A stretch of 56,042 nucleotides of DNA from Actinomycetota bacterium (GCA_009886115.1 VFJJ01000063.1:1-56042); one strand, 5' to 3'. Numbered from the stretch's first letter, positions 44,681 to 55,548 are shown. Notes: a model not told the origin generated them from the letters alone. A program made the numbers and translations.

Positions 44681-45445
44681 GTGGGCACCAGGAAGCACGA
44701 CGGGGCGCAGTTGCGCGAGAAGCCGCAGCTGATCGCCGACGAGTTGCGGGCCTCGATCGTCAGCGGTGAGCTCTCCGAGGGCGACTGGCTGGGTCACGAG
44801 CCCGATCTCGTCGAGCGATTCGGCGTGTCCCGCCCGTCGTTGCGGGAGGCGCTGCGGATCCTCGAAGCCGAAGGCTTCATCACCGTCATGCGGGGAGTGC
44901 ACGGTGGGGTCATCGTCCACGAGCCCGACGAGCGGATGACCGCGCGCACGGCGGCGATGGTGCTCCAGGCCCGCAACGTGGCGCTGTCTGACGTGTTCGA
45001 GGCCCGGGCCCAGATCGAGCCGCTGGCCGCTCGGGCGATCGCGGGCTCGCGTCGGCGGAAGTCGGCGGTGGCCGAGCTGCGGATGCTGGTGGCCGAGGAA
45101 GAGGCCGCGTTGGGAGACCCGGTGGCGTTCGGGGTGGCGAATGCCGCGTTCCACGAGCGGCTGGTTGCGCTCGGAGAGAACCAGACGTTGGCCATCGTCG
45201 CCGAGATGCTCAACGAGATCGTCGTGCGGGCGGTCACCGCGGTGAGCTGCTCGGCCGACGTCGTCGGGTCGCTCCGGACCCGACGACGGGGGATCGCCTC
45301 CCAGCATCATCTGCTGAACCTGCTCGAAGCGGGCGACGCCACGGCGGCCGAGGAGCACTGGCGCGAGCACATGGCCATCGTCGGCAAGGTGATGCTCGGC
45401 CAGGACGCGGCGACCGTGGTGGCCCTCCTCGATCACCACCGCTGA
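44681..45445 (+). CDS. GntR/FadR family regulator (FCD domain)
   Basis: AGGAGA RBS before GTG; LVERFGVSRPSLREALRILEAEG, EARAQIEP, NAAFH. Confidence 0.92.
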   Translation: MGTRKHDGAQLREKPQLIADELRASIVSGELSEGDWLGHEPDLVERFGVSRPSLREALRILEAEGFITVMRGVHGGVIVHEPDERMTARTAAMVLQARNVALSDVFEARAQIEPLAARAIAGSRRRKSAVAELRMLVAEEEAALGDPVAFGVANAAFHERLVALGENQTLAIVAEMLNEIVVRAVTAVSCSADVVGSLRTRRRGIASQHHLLNLLEAGDATAAEEHWREHMAIVGKVMLGQDAATVVALLDHHR

Positions 45446-45461
45446 TCGCCTGCTCCGGGCC

Positions 45462-46331
45462 TCAGGGTGTCGAGGGTGTCGAGCCCGCCGACGACGGAGG
45501 GGCGAGCCGGTCGAAGAAGAGGCTCTGCGCGTTGGCGTAGAGGTAGTTGTCGCGGATGTCGTCGGGAAGATCGAGCTGCATGGCCTCGCCGATCGTCCGG
45601 GTGATCGACAACACCGGAGCGTCGGAGGCGAAGATGATCTTGGTCTTGCCTCGGCTGCGCATGTAGTGCAGCAGGGCCTCGGGGAGGTACTTGGGCGCCC
45701 ACGCCGAGGTCATCAGGTGCAGGTTCTTGTACTTGATCATCAACCGGATGGCGGTGTCCCACCACGGATCGGCACCGTGCATCATGCACAGCTTCAACTC
45801 GGGGAACCGGACGCACACCCGGTCGAGGTGGATCGGGTTCTGCGCCTCACCGGGGATGGGCGGCCCGGGCAGCCCGGTGTTCAACGCGAGCGGGAGGTCG
45901 AGCTCACAACACTTCACGTACAGCGGGTAGTACACGGCGTCGCTCGGCGGGTACATCCCGTCACCCCAGAACGACGGACCCACCGACGCGAACGCCACCG
46001 GGTGGTCCTTCACGAACGACTCCAGCTTTCGCAGTGTCGGCATCGGCCGGAGCAGATCGAGCCCGCCCGCGGTGAGAGCGAACCGGTCGGGCCGAGCCTC
46101 CACGAAGTCGTACGGCGAACCCTTGGGATTGTTGATGTTCGCCGTGATGATCGCCCGCTCGACACCGTTGGCGTCCATCTCGTCGATGACCTTCGACAGC
46201 TCCCACTTCCCGAAGATCGAGTCGTCCTTCTTGAAGTAGTCGTCCTTCACCCGGAACATCCACTCCGGTTGTGCGGTGTCGCCGAAGTGGACGTTGATCA
46301 GGCAGTCGTGGGCGCGGCGTGCGGTGGGCAT
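45462..46331 (-). CDS. Amidohydrolase family 2 protein
   Basis: YYPLYVKCCELDLP..NTG.PGP, LDRVC..FPELKL.MMHG.DPW, TSAWAPKY.P, KIIFASD.P. Confidence 0.88.
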   Translation of the reverse strand: MPTARRAHDCLINVHFGDTAQPEWMFRVKDDYFKKDDSIFGKWELSKVIDEMDANGVERAIITANINNPKGSPYDFVEARPDRFALTAGGLDLLRPMPTLRKLESFVKDHPVAFASVGPSFWGDGMYPPSDAVYYPLYVKCCELDLPLALNTGLPGPPIPGEAQNPIHLDRVCVRFPELKLCMMHGADPWWDTAIRLMIKYKNLHLMTSAWAPKYLPEALLHYMRSRGKTKIIFASDAPVLSITRTIGEAMQLDLPDDIRDNYLYANAQSLFFDRLAPPSSAGSTPSTP

Positions 46332-46442
46332 GGCTGGCGATCCCTTCGAGCAGAACGTGGCTCAGTTGGCGGCGGTCGTTGCATACAGCGGCGTTGGGGT
46401 ACGGCTCACCGGGAAGGACCGGCGACCCGTGCCGATCGGGAA

Positions 46443-48203
46443 TCATCTGAATCGTTCGACGTTGGTGCCGCCGGCCCGGACGAGGGCGCGCAGCTCGTTC
46501 TTGGCGACCTTCGAGGTGGCCGTCTTGGGCAGCTCGCGGGCCACGAGCACCAGCGCCTCGGGACACTTGAACCCGGCGAGACGGGCCGAGGCGAACGATC
46601 GGAGGCTGGCCAGGTCGACCTCGTGGCCGGTTCGGACCACGACGACGGCGCACACCAGCTCGCCGAGGCTTCGGTCGTCGATGCCGACGATGGCCACCTC
46701 GGTCACCGCTGGATGCTCCTGCAGTACCGCCTCGACCTCGGCGCAGTACACGTTCTCGCCGCCCCTGATGACGACGTCCTTCAGCCGGTCGACCACGAAG
46801 AGGTAGCCCTCGTCGTCGAAGCGTCCGAGGTCGCCGGAGTGGAACCAGCCGTCGACGAACGACGCCTTCGTCGCGGTCTCGTCGTTCCAGTAGCCCTTGA
46901 CGACCTGGGGGGACCGCATGCAGATCTCCCCCACCTCGCCGGGTGCGAGCTCCCGCCCGTCGGGGTCGACCACCTTCACGTCGGCGGTGAGGTTGGGCCG
47001 GCCGACGCTGTCGGGCCGGGCCGCGAACTCCGCGCCCACGTTCGTCACCACCGCCGAGGTCGTCTCGGTCAACCCGTAGCCGTTGAGGATCTGCACCGAC
47101 TCGCCGAACACAGCCAGCGCCCGCAACGGGAGGTCGGGCGCCACCGCGGCGCCGCCGAGGGGAACGCCCCGTACGTCGAGGCCGAGCTCGCCGATGCGCG
47201 GGTGCTCGAGGAGGTCTCGGGCCATGGCCGGTACGCCCCCGAGGGTGGTCACCTCCTCCGCCTTGGCGAGTCGCAGCGCTTCTTCGACGTCCCACTTGCG
47301 CATGAGGACCAGCTTCGAGCCGCCCATCTGACCGCCGATGATCGCCGCGACCCCACCGATGTGGAACAGCGGCCCGGCCGACAGCGTGGCGGTCTGGCGC
47401 GCCGGCGGGGGTGCTGACGCCCGTCCGCTGATGATCGCCGCCCGGGCACTCACGAACGCCATGTTCCACAGGTTCGCAATCGCCCCCCGGTTGGTCCCGA
47501 GCGCACCCTTGGGGCGACCGGTGGTCCCCGACGTGTAGAGGATCGTCACCGGGTCGTCCGGGCCGAGCCGAACGATCTCGTCGGGGGCCAGGGGTGCTCC
47601 GTGCACCAGATCGTCGAACTCGTCGTCGCCGCGGTCGTCGCCGCCGTCGCCGCGAACGCTCACGACCCTGACGCCTTTCGGGTGACCGCCGTCGAGGACC
47701 CGCTCGAGCCGCTCCCGGTCGGCGAACACGACCTTCGCTCCGGCGTTCTCGAGCGCGTAACGCAGCTCCGGTCCCGTCCACCACGAGTTCAGCGGTACGA
47801 CGATGGCGCCGTTGAGCGCCGCGCCCCAGAACGAGACGATGAACTCAGGCAGGTTCCGCATGGCGATCGCCACCCGGTCGCCCGGGCCCACACCGAACTC
47901 GTCGCGTAGCGCCCGAGCCAGCCGAAGCGATCGGTCGTGCACCTGCGCGAACGTCCAGCGCTCGCTGTCGTGCACGAGATGGACGAGCTGCGCGTGCGCT
48001 CGGCCCATCTCGAAGCAGTCGAGGATCGTGCGGGGCGCCCGCACGAACGAGCGCATGGGGATCCCGTCGAGGGTCACCTCCTCGACCTCGAACTGCCCAC
48101 CCGGACCGATGAGGGGCACCAGCCGGGGATCGTCCCGGTACACCGCTGCCAGTGACCGGCACAGCACCGGCCCGTCCTCGACCGCTCGACCTTCATCAGA
48201 CAC
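46443..48203 (-). CDS. Long-chain acyl-CoA synthetase
   Basis: YTSGTTGRPKG, GYGLTET, WFHSGDLG, DRLKDVVIRGGENVY, LPKTATSKV. Confidence 0.92.
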   Translation of the reverse strand: MSDEGRAVEDGPVLCRSLAAVYRDDPRLVPLIGPGGQFEVEEVTLDGIPMRSFVRAPRTILDCFEMGRAHAQLVHLVHDSERWTFAQVHDRSLRLARALRDEFGVGPGDRVAIAMRNLPEFIVSFWGAALNGAIVVPLNSWWTGPELRYALENAGAKVVFADRERLERVLDGGHPKGVRVVSVRGDGGDDRGDDEFDDLVHGAPLAPDEIVRLGPDDPVTILYTSGTTGRPKGALGTNRGAIANLWNMAFVSARAAIISGRASAPPPARQTATLSAGPLFHIGGVAAIIGGQMGGSKLVLMRKWDVEEALRLAKAEEVTTLGGVPAMARDLLEHPRIGELGLDVRGVPLGGAAVAPDLPLRALAVFGESVQILNGYGLTETTSAVVTNVGAEFAARPDSVGRPNLTADVKVVDPDGRELAPGEVGEICMRSPQVVKGYWNDETATKASFVDGWFHSGDLGRFDDEGYLFVVDRLKDVVIRGGENVYCAEVEAVLQEHPAVTEVAIVGIDDRSLGELVCAVVVVRTGHEVDLASLRSFASARLAGFKCPEALVLVARELPKTATSKVAKNELRALVRAGGTNVERFR

Positions 48204-48274
48204 CGTGACCTCCGACCACGCTCATGTGCTCGACGGGCTCGGCGCCCGCGTGTCTCGACTCGGTCATGGCGGCA

Positions 48275-49969
48275 TCACCCTCGCCCGCCGAACCCGCCGA
48301 GACCGCCGGGCGCGCCGAGCCGCAGGCCCGACTGGGCCAGGATCTCCTGGAGCTTGGCCTTGTCGACCTTGGCGGTGGCGGTCATGGGGACGAGATCGGC
48401 GCTGGGAGTGGCGATCCAGACCGTCGGGACCTTGAACGGGCTGAGCCGGGAACGGGCGCCCTCGACGAGCTCGGCGAACCCGTCGAGCTCCCGTAGGGTG
48501 ACGACGAGCGCGCCGACGGCTTCGGCGCCGTCGGGGCCGATCACGTTGGTGACGTGCGCCTGGGTCACGCCGCCGATGGTCCGCAGCGCGGCCTCCACCT
48601 CCGAGGGGTACACGGTGGCGCCGCTCACCTTGAACATGTCGTCGCGGCGGCCGTGGTACCACACGTAGCCGGCGGCATCGCGCGATCCGAGGTCGCCCGT
48701 CGGGTAGAAGCCGTCGGTGTCGAAGACCTGGTCTCGGGTCAGCCCGCAGATGCCGCGCATCACGGTGAGGCCGCGCAGGCGGAGCTCGCCGGTGGTCCCG
48801 GGCGGGGAGGCGGCCCCGGTGTCGGGGTCGACGATGCGGAGCTCGATCCCCGGGAACGGCCGTCCACAACTCCCCCGGGCGTCGGCCGGCAGGTCGGTGT
48901 CGAGGCGGTCGCCGCTCCAGGGCCCGTTCGTCTCGGTCATCCCGAACAGCACGGCCCGGGCACCGGGGGACGGACGCTGCTCGGGCGGGAGGACGGCGGG
49001 CAGGCTGGCCGGGCGGAGGCTCGACAGGTCGGTCGAGGCGAAGCTCGGGTGCGCGGCGAGCCGGGCGGCCTGGTCGGGCCAGCCGCGAAACAGCGTGACC
49101 CGCTCCCGCTCGAGCAGTCGCAGGGTGCGCTCGGGCTCGGCGACGGCCTCGGTGATGAGCGTGGCGCAGGCGACCAGCACCGCGAGCAGGCCCTGTGAGA
49201 AGCCGCCCGTCCAGAAGAACGGCATCGGGATGTACAGCCGCTCACCGGGGCTGATGCGCCGAGCCGTCAGGCTCGCCGCCGGTGCCCGCAGACCGTTGCC
49301 GTGGGTGTGGATCGTGCCCTTCGGCGCGCCCCGGCTGCCCGAGGTGAACAGGATCGCGAAGTCGTCGGCGGGCCGGACGGCCGCTTCGAGCGCGTCGACG
49401 AGCGCCGTGCTCACCTCGGCCTCGGGCTGCCCGCCGCCGGCCTCGGACCCGCCGCCGGCCTCGGACCGTCCGCCACCGGTCGGGGAGACCACGCGGACGT
49501 GGCGCAAGAACGGCAGGCGGCGATGGCGTCGGCCGGCCGCGACCTCGGCCAGCACTCCCGGGGCGATCGCCTCGAGATCGGCCAGGCACGACCGGCCCCG
49601 AAACTCGTCGGCCACGACCAGGTGGGTCACGCACGCCACGTTGAGCTGGGCCTCCAGCTCCGGCGGTCGCAGCAGCGTGCTCAGCGGCACCAGCACGCCG
49701 CCGACGCGCGCCACCGCCATCGCGGTCACCGCCCACTCGATCCCGTTCGGGAGCGCGATCCCCACCCGGGCGCCCTTGCCGACCCCGACCGCCACCAGCC
49801 GGCAGGCCCGAGCCCGGCTCTGGTCGTCGAGCTCGGCGTGGGTGATCGATCGGTCCTCGGTGACGAGCACCGGCTCGTCGGCGGCCTCGGCCCGGTTGCG
49901 CGCGAGGAGCGCGGGCATGGTCAGCGGGTCTGGCAACGCCAGCGGTTCGGAGCATCGATCACGAGGCAC
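48275..49969 (-). CDS. Acyl-CoA synthetase (AMP-forming)
   Basis: FTSGSRGAPKG, FGMTET, YPTGDLG, GRRDDMFKVSGA.V.P.EVE. Confidence 0.9.
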   Translation of the reverse strand: MPRDRCSEPLALPDPLTMPALLARNRAEAADEPVLVTEDRSITHAELDDQSRARACRLVAVGVGKGARVGIALPNGIEWAVTAMAVARVGGVLVPLSTLLRPPELEAQLNVACVTHLVVADEFRGRSCLADLEAIAPGVLAEVAAGRRHRRLPFLRHVRVVSPTGGGRSEAGGGSEAGGGQPEAEVSTALVDALEAAVRPADDFAILFTSGSRGAPKGTIHTHGNGLRAPAASLTARRISPGERLYIPMPFFWTGGFSQGLLAVLVACATLITEAVAEPERTLRLLERERVTLFRGWPDQAARLAAHPSFASTDLSSLRPASLPAVLPPEQRPSPGARAVLFGMTETNGPWSGDRLDTDLPADARGSCGRPFPGIELRIVDPDTGAASPPGTTGELRLRGLTVMRGICGLTRDQVFDTDGFYPTGDLGSRDAAGYVWYHGRRDDMFKVSGATVYPSEVEAALRTIGGVTQAHVTNVIGPDGAEAVGALVVTLRELDGFAELVEGARSRLSPFKVPTVWIATPSADLVPMTATAKVDKAKLQEILAQSGLRLGAPGGLGGFGGRG

Positions 49970-51617
49970 CGAAGCGCTCCTTCAACGCGCGGGCGTCGAG
50001 CTTGCCGCTCGAGAGCATCGGCACGTCGGCGTCGGCCATCACCAGGATCCGCTGCGGCACCTTGTATGCCGAGAGCCGGGCCCGCAGCATCGTGCGAAGC
50101 TCGTCGGGGTCGGGTCGAACCTGGCCCTCGGGGACCCGAACGGCGGCCGCCACGATCTGGCCCCGAGCGGCGTCGTCGATCCCCACGACATGGGCGACGA
50201 ACCCGGTCAGCTCCGCGATGGCAGCCTCCACCTCGCGGGGCGAAACGTTCGCCCCGGCGGTCTTGATCATGTCGCCCAGTCGGCCCGTGAAGTAGTACCA
50301 GCCTTCGGCGTCGATGTGGAACTGGTCGCCGGTGCGGAGCCATCCGTCGGGCTCGAACGTCTCGTGCCGCTCGCGCCCGTAGTAGCCCTCCATGAGGAAC
50401 GGGCCGCGCAGCCACAGCTCGCCCACCACGCCGGCTGCGCAGTTGGCCCCCGTCTCGGGATCGACGACGCGGGCCTCGAATCCCGGCACGGGGCGGCCGA
50501 AGGAGCCCCGCCGGTGCTCGGGTTGATCGGACTCGTCCTCGCTGGCCAGGCACACGCTGCCCGTCTCGGTCATCCCCAGCATGTTGTGGCGCAGCTCGGG
50601 ATCGGCGGCCCGCAGCTCGGCCGGCATGATCGGCCACAGGTTCCCCCGCCGGATCGAGGACAGGTCACGGTCGGCGAACGTCTGGTGGGCACCGAGGTGG
50701 GCGACGGTCTGGGCGAACCCGTTCACCATGGTGGGCCTGACCCGTTCGAGGAGATCGAGGGTACGGGCCGGGTCGGTGGCGTTCGAGCACACGAGCGTGC
50801 CTCCGGCCACCAACGTGGCGAGCAGGCTGTAGCCGAACCCGCCGATCCAGAAGAACGGCGAGTTCGAGAACAGGACCTCGTGCTCGTCGTAGCGGCGCAG
50901 GACGTTGAGGTTGTGCTGGTGGCGGATCAGCGGGCCGTGCTGGTGGATCACCCCCTTGGGGTCGCTCGTCGAGCCCGACGTGTGCACGATCACCAGCCGG
51001 TCACCGGGACGCACGAGCGCCTCGGCCGCTTCGAGCACGCCAGGGTGGAGGCCCTCGCCCTCGGCGATCAGCGCGTCGAGGCCTGACGGGCCGGCGTGGT
51101 CGACGACCAACCGCCGCAACGCCGGCACCGCCGGGAACTGCAACGGGGGCGGCGTCGTGAGGTCGAGGCCCGGCACTGCGTCGCCGAGCAGAGCCACGTG
51201 GTCTCGTCCCCGGTACGACGCCGAGGCGATGATCAGCTCGATGTCGGCGTTGCGCATCAGGGTCCGCAGCTCACCGGCGGTCGAGAACGTGGACAGCGGC
51301 AGGACGACAGCGCCGATGCGAGCGGCACCGAGCGTTGCGACCACGAACTCGGGGCCGTTCGGCACGAGCAGGCCGACGTGGGTGCCCTTCCCGGCACCGG
51401 CGCCGGCGGCGAGCAACCCGCGAGCCAGCGCTGCCGAACGACGCTCGGCCTCGGCGTAGGTGAGGACGTCGTCGTCGCAGACGAGCAACGGGTGCTCGCC
51501 CCGCTCCGCCGCCCGGGCCCGCAGGAGCGCGGGCACGGTGAGCGCCAGCCCGTCGCCGGCGTCGACCACGGCGGCCGTCGACCGTCCCGAGAACGCGGCG
51601 ACGGTCAGGGCGGTCAT
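49959..51617 (-). CDS. Acyl-CoA synthetase (AMP-forming)
   Basis: ATGA-coupled start; HTSGSTSDPKG, LGMTET, WLRTGD, GRLGDMIKTAGANVSP.EVE. Confidence 0.9.
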   Translation of the reverse strand: MTALTVAAFSGRSTAAVVDAGDGLALTVPALLRARAAERGEHPLLVCDDDVLTYAEAERRSAALARGLLAAGAGAGKGTHVGLLVPNGPEFVVATLGAARIGAVVLPLSTFSTAGELRTLMRNADIELIIASASYRGRDHVALLGDAVPGLDLTTPPPLQFPAVPALRRLVVDHAGPSGLDALIAEGEGLHPGVLEAAEALVRPGDRLVIVHTSGSTSDPKGVIHQHGPLIRHQHNLNVLRRYDEHEVLFSNSPFFWIGGFGYSLLATLVAGGTLVCSNATDPARTLDLLERVRPTMVNGFAQTVAHLGAHQTFADRDLSSIRRGNLWPIMPAELRAADPELRHNMLGMTETGSVCLASEDESDQPEHRRGSFGRPVPGFEARVVDPETGANCAAGVVGELWLRGPFLMEGYYGRERHETFEPDGWLRTGDQFHIDAEGWYYFTGRLGDMIKTAGANVSPREVEAAIAELTGFVAHVVGIDDAARGQIVAAAVRVPEGQVRPDPDELRTMLRARLSAYKVPQRILVMADADVPMLSSGKLDARALKERFGAS

Positions 51618-52288
51618 GGCGTGCCCCGGCGCGGCGACACGTGCGGCAGGTTGCGGCGATCGCCGGCCACGGCCTCCATGGTGGCCACGCTCAGGAGCTC
51701 CTCGTCGTGCAGCAGGCGAACGGTGGACGTGATCCGGCGCTCGTCGACCTCGCGGTCGAGCTCGAACCGCAGGGCGACGCCCACCGGCGTCGGTCGGCGG
51801 TAGCGGATCTGCAACGTGGCCGTCCTGCCCGCCTGGCCGATCTCGCAGTTGTGGTGCTGGATCACGCAGTCGAAGAACGTGGCGATCACCCCGCCGTGCA
51901 CGATGCCCGGGGGCCCCTCGAACGCCAGAGGGAACGTCACCGTGCCGATCGCCCGCGAGCCGTCGACCGCGATCTCGTACTCGGGAAAGCCCGGGTTGTA
52001 CGCGCCGATGTCGCGCCCGTGGTCGAGGTACACCCGCTGCTCCGGCCGAGCGCTCTCGCCGAGCCGGGGCGCCGGATCCGACGGCGCCCGGACGAGCAGA
52101 TCGCGCTCGGCGCGCCGCAGATCGTCGATCAGCCGGGCCACCACCGGCTCGGACTCCTCCATCGACACCGCGAGCCCCGCCACTCGCCGCAACAGCGGGG
52201 CCAGCTCGCAGGTCTGGGGCAACGGCGCCTCGCCGAAGATCCACGGGCCCGGGTCGGGAGGCGTTGGCTCGGTGCTCTCACGGCCCAT
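51614..52288 (-). CDS. PaaI-like hotdog thioesterase (start uncertain)
   Basis: GTVTFPLAFEGPPGIVHGGVIATFFD, TATLQIRYRRPTP. Confidence 0.85.
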   Translation of the reverse strand: MGRESTEPTPPDPGPWIFGEAPLPQTCELAPLLRRVAGLAVSMEESEPVVARLIDDLRRAERDLLVRAPSDPAPRLGESARPEQRVYLDHGRDIGAYNPGFPEYEIAVDGSRAIGTVTFPLAFEGPPGIVHGGVIATFFDCVIQHHNCEIGQAGRTATLQIRYRRPTPVGVALRFELDREVDERRITSTVRLLHDEELLSVATMEAVAGDRRNLPHVSPRRGTP

Positions 52289-52317
52289 GCACCACACCCC
52301 CACGGTCGGCAAAAGAT

Positions 52318-52333
52318 CTAGAGGTAATTCTAG
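52318..52333 (-). promoter_or_regulatory. Internal promoter/operator upstream of the thioesterase
   Basis: AT-rich CTAGA-GGTAAT-TCTAG palindrome containing a minus-strand TAGAAT -10 box. Confidence 0.4.
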
Positions 52334-52413
52334 CCGTTGCCGCCTGGGCGGGTCATTGAGCATCGCTGACGAGCCGGCCGTGGTTGGAAGGCCGTTGGAA
52401 GGCCGGCGACCGG

Positions 52414-53273
52414 TCAGCGGGGCATGCCGAGGATGCGCTCGGCGATCAGGTTCCGTTGGATCTGGGAGGTGCCGGCGGCGATGGTGCACTGCAACGACCA
52501 CAGGTGGTTGCGTACCGCTTCGACGCTGTCGATGTCGCCGAGGTGGACGCCGCCGAGGGCGAGCCGTCCGAGGGTCTTCACCATGAGCTCGGTGATCTCC
52601 TGGCTACCCGGGCGTCGGTGAGGAACACGTCGCAGAAGTGGCTCTCGCCGTCGATCGTGCGCATCGGCCGCACCTCGACGCCGGGCTGGTGCATGTCGAG
52701 GATCAGCCAGGTGATGCCCCGATGCTTGGAGGCGTCGGGGTCGGTGCGCACCAGGAGCTCGCAGTGGTCGGCGACGTGTGCCCGGGTGCTCCAGATCTTC
52801 TGGCCGTTCACGATGTATTCGTCGCCGTGGCGAACGGCGCGGGTGCACAGCGACGCCAGGTCGGACCCCGCTTCCGGCTCGGAGAAACCCTGACACCACA
52901 CGGCTTCCCCCCGCAAGATCCGCGGCAGGTGGAACGCTCGTTGCTCGTCGGTGCCCTCGGCGATGAGTGTGGGTCCGGCGTGCATCATCCCCACGAAGTT
53001 CACGCTGATGTACGGGGCGTTGGCGCGGGCGTACTCCTCGAGGTACACGAGTTGTCGGGTGACCGGCAGGCCCCGGCCGCCGAACTCCCTGGGCCAGTGC
53101 ACTCCGGCGTAGCCGCCCTGGTGGAGCGTGCGCTGCCACGCGGTGTCGTAGGCGCGCCGGGCCGGCCAGTCGCCCGTGGGAGGCGGCTGACCGTGGGCCG
53201 GCACCTCCCGTTCCAACCAGGCGCGGAGCTCGTGACGGAAGCGCTCGTCCTCGGCGCTGTAGGTGAGGTCCAT
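52414..53273 (-). pseudogene. Acyl-CoA dehydrogenase with internal deletion and frameshift near 52605
   Basis: The N-part (WCQGFSEPEAGSDLA, NGQKIWST, HFCDVFLTDARV) jumps to the C-part in another frame (TIAAGTSQIQRNLIAERILGMPR). The usual VG..N.GW/ER segment is missing. Confidence 0.8.
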
Positions 53274-54772
53274 CAGGTCGGATCCGCGAACAGCTCGCGC
53301 ACTGCGGTGAGGTCGACCTTGCCCGAGGGGGTTCGGGGCAGCGTCTCGATCACCATGAGCTCGACGGGGATCTCGTACGGGGCGAGCACAGCGGCCACCG
53401 TCGCCAGGAGCTCCCCTGGCGTCGCCGCCGCGTGCTCGTCTCGCAACTCGACAGCGGCGACGGGAACGGCGCCGAGCCGGGCGTCGGGGCGGCCGATCAC
53501 CGCGGCTCCCCGCACCCGGGGATCACGCTCGAGCGCAGCGCGGACGTCGTCGGGCAGAACCTTGAACCCGCCGCGAATGATCGCCTGGTCGGCCCGACCG
53601 AGGATCCACAAGAACCCGTCGGCGTCGAGGCGGGCCAGATCGGTCGTGCGGGACCAACCGGCATCGTCACCGAGCTGGCGGGCCTTGACCTCCAGCAGCC
53701 CCTCCGAGCCCGTCGCGAGCGGCGCACCGGTCGCGGGATCGACGACGCGCAGCTCGCAGCCTGCGTGGGCCCGTCCGACGCTTCCCCGCTTGCGCGACCA
53801 GAACTGCTCGTGATCGGCCAGGTTCCAGCCTGCGACGCCACCACCGAACTCGGTCGCCGCGTACGACGCCAGCACCGGAACCCCGTACTTCGCCCGGAAC
53901 GCGTCGGCGTCGTCGGGCGACAGCGGCGCCGTCCCTGACACCACCGATCGGACGCTGGCCAGATCGGCCGGGTCGAGATCGGCGTCCAGGACCGTGCGCA
54001 GCGCCGCGGGGACGAGGCTGACCGTGCTCGGTCGGTGGCGGCGCACGGCGTCGACCCACTGTTCGAGGCCGAAGCGCTCGAGCAGGCAGAAGGAGCGGCC
54101 GTCGTTGACGCATTGCAGTACCCGGAACAGGCCGCCCAGGTGCACCAGTGGCGAGTTGACGACCACCACCCCCGACCGCAGCCGGAGGTCGGTCTGCTGG
54201 TTGCGCTCGTAGTGCTTGGCCCCGACGAGCACCCGGAACAACGTCTCGTGGGTCAACGGGACGCGTTTGGGCGGCCCGGTGGTGCCGCTGGTGAGCATCT
54301 CGACTGCCACCCCCGGCCGGCGTCCGGCCGGGTCGGCAACGGCCTCGCCGACGATCGTGACGGCCGCCGGATGCTCGCTCACAAGGCGGAGCGCCGCCGC
54401 GCTGGCGTCGCCGAAGGCCGCGAGGTCACGGGGCTCGCCGGCCAGTGCTGCGAGATCGAGCCCGGCCAGGTCGGAGCGCACCCGTTCGTCGCCCCGGTCG
54501 GGGTTGATGGTCACGACGCACGCGCCGGCCCGCAACAGCCCCACCAGCAAGCCGATCTGGGGCGGCCGGTTCCGCAACAGGACCCCGATCCGGGTTCCGG
54601 GCTCGACTGCCGCGGCGATCGTCCCGGCCGAGGCACGGAGATCGCCCCACGAGTACCAGTGCTGCTCGAACTCGAACGCCGGCGCCGCAGGGTCGATGGC
54701 GAGGATGCCCGCGATCCGCTGACTCAGCTCGCTCAGCTCGGGCAGCGCGTGCATCGCGTGCGGGTCGCCCAT
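53273..54772 (-). CDS. Acyl-CoA synthetase (AMP-forming)
   Basis: LTSGTTGPPKR, SYAATEFGG, TTDLARLD.DGFL.I.GR.D..IIRGGFKV, LPRTPSGKV. Confidence 0.9.
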   Translation of the reverse strand: MGDPHAMHALPELSELSQRIAGILAIDPAAPAFEFEQHWYSWGDLRASAGTIAAAVEPGTRIGVLLRNRPPQIGLLVGLLRAGACVVTINPDRGDERVRSDLAGLDLAALAGEPRDLAAFGDASAAALRLVSEHPAAVTIVGEAVADPAGRRPGVAVEMLTSGTTGPPKRVPLTHETLFRVLVGAKHYERNQQTDLRLRSGVVVVNSPLVHLGGLFRVLQCVNDGRSFCLLERFGLEQWVDAVRRHRPSTVSLVPAALRTVLDADLDPADLASVRSVVSGTAPLSPDDADAFRAKYGVPVLASYAATEFGGGVAGWNLADHEQFWSRKRGSVGRAHAGCELRVVDPATGAPLATGSEGLLEVKARQLGDDAGWSRTTDLARLDADGFLWILGRADQAIIRGGFKVLPDDVRAALERDPRVRGAAVIGRPDARLGAVPVAAVELRDEHAAATPGELLATVAAVLAPYEIPVELMVIETLPRTPSGKVDLTAVRELFADPT

Positions 54773-55548
54773 CAGCGGAGCCTCGGATCGGTCCGGTCGA
54801 CTCCCCGTTCGGCCACCTCGGCCTGACCCAGCGGGTTGCCGAGCCGGGTGTAGATCAGGCCCTGTTCCATGGCGGCACGATACGGACGGTCGAGCGATTC
54901 CCAGATCGCCCGCACGGTCCCCTGCGTCGCCGACGTGGGCTTGCGGGCGATCGCCGCCGCGATCTCGTGTGCTCGGGTCCAGAGCTGATCGCGGGGCACG
55001 ACCTCGGTGACGAGGCTGATCCGCAAGGCCGTCTCGGCGCTGACCCGTTCGTCGTTGCCCGACAAGGCGATGCGCAGCGTCTCGGCCAGGCCGACCCTGC
55101 GCATCAACCCCACCGGTTCGAGCGCGCACACGAGCCCGTAGGTGACGTGCGAGTCGAAGAACGTGGCGTCCGGCGAGCAGATGACGATGTCGGCCTCGTT
55201 GAGGAAGTAGAACGCGCCGGCCGTGCACATGCCCTGCACCGCGCACACCACGGGCTTCCAACACTTCTGCCACTTGGGGCTCAGGTACTCGCCGGGGTCC
55301 TCGTGGTTCCAGATGTCGTCGGGCTGGCCGAAGGGCGTCTTGGTGTCGAGCCCGGCGCAGAACGCCCGGTCACCGGCCGCCCGGAGGACCACGGCGCTGA
55401 CCGCCGGGTCGCCCGTGACCCGGCTCCACGCGTGGCGCACCTCCTCGCACATTCGACGGTCGAAGGCGTTGAGCACCTCCGGCCGGTTGAGCGTGATGGT
55501 GGCGACCTTGTCGGCTGACACCTCGTAGAGGATCGTGGTGTATTCCAT
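54772..55548 (-). CDS. Enoyl-CoA hydratase/isomerase
   Basis: VATITLNRPEVLNAF, RAFCAGLD, KPVVCAVQG.C.AG, SAETALRISLV.EVVP. Confidence 0.92.
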   Translation of the reverse strand: MEYTTILYEVSADKVATITLNRPEVLNAFDRRMCEEVRHAWSRVTGDPAVSAVVLRAAGDRAFCAGLDTKTPFGQPDDIWNHEDPGEYLSPKWQKCWKPVVCAVQGMCTAGAFYFLNEADIVICSPDATFFDSHVTYGLVCALEPVGLMRRVGLAETLRIALSGNDERVSAETALRISLVTEVVPRDQLWTRAHEIAAAIARKPTSATQGTVRAIWESLDRPYRAAMEQGLIYTRLGNPLGQAEVAERGVDRTDPRLR

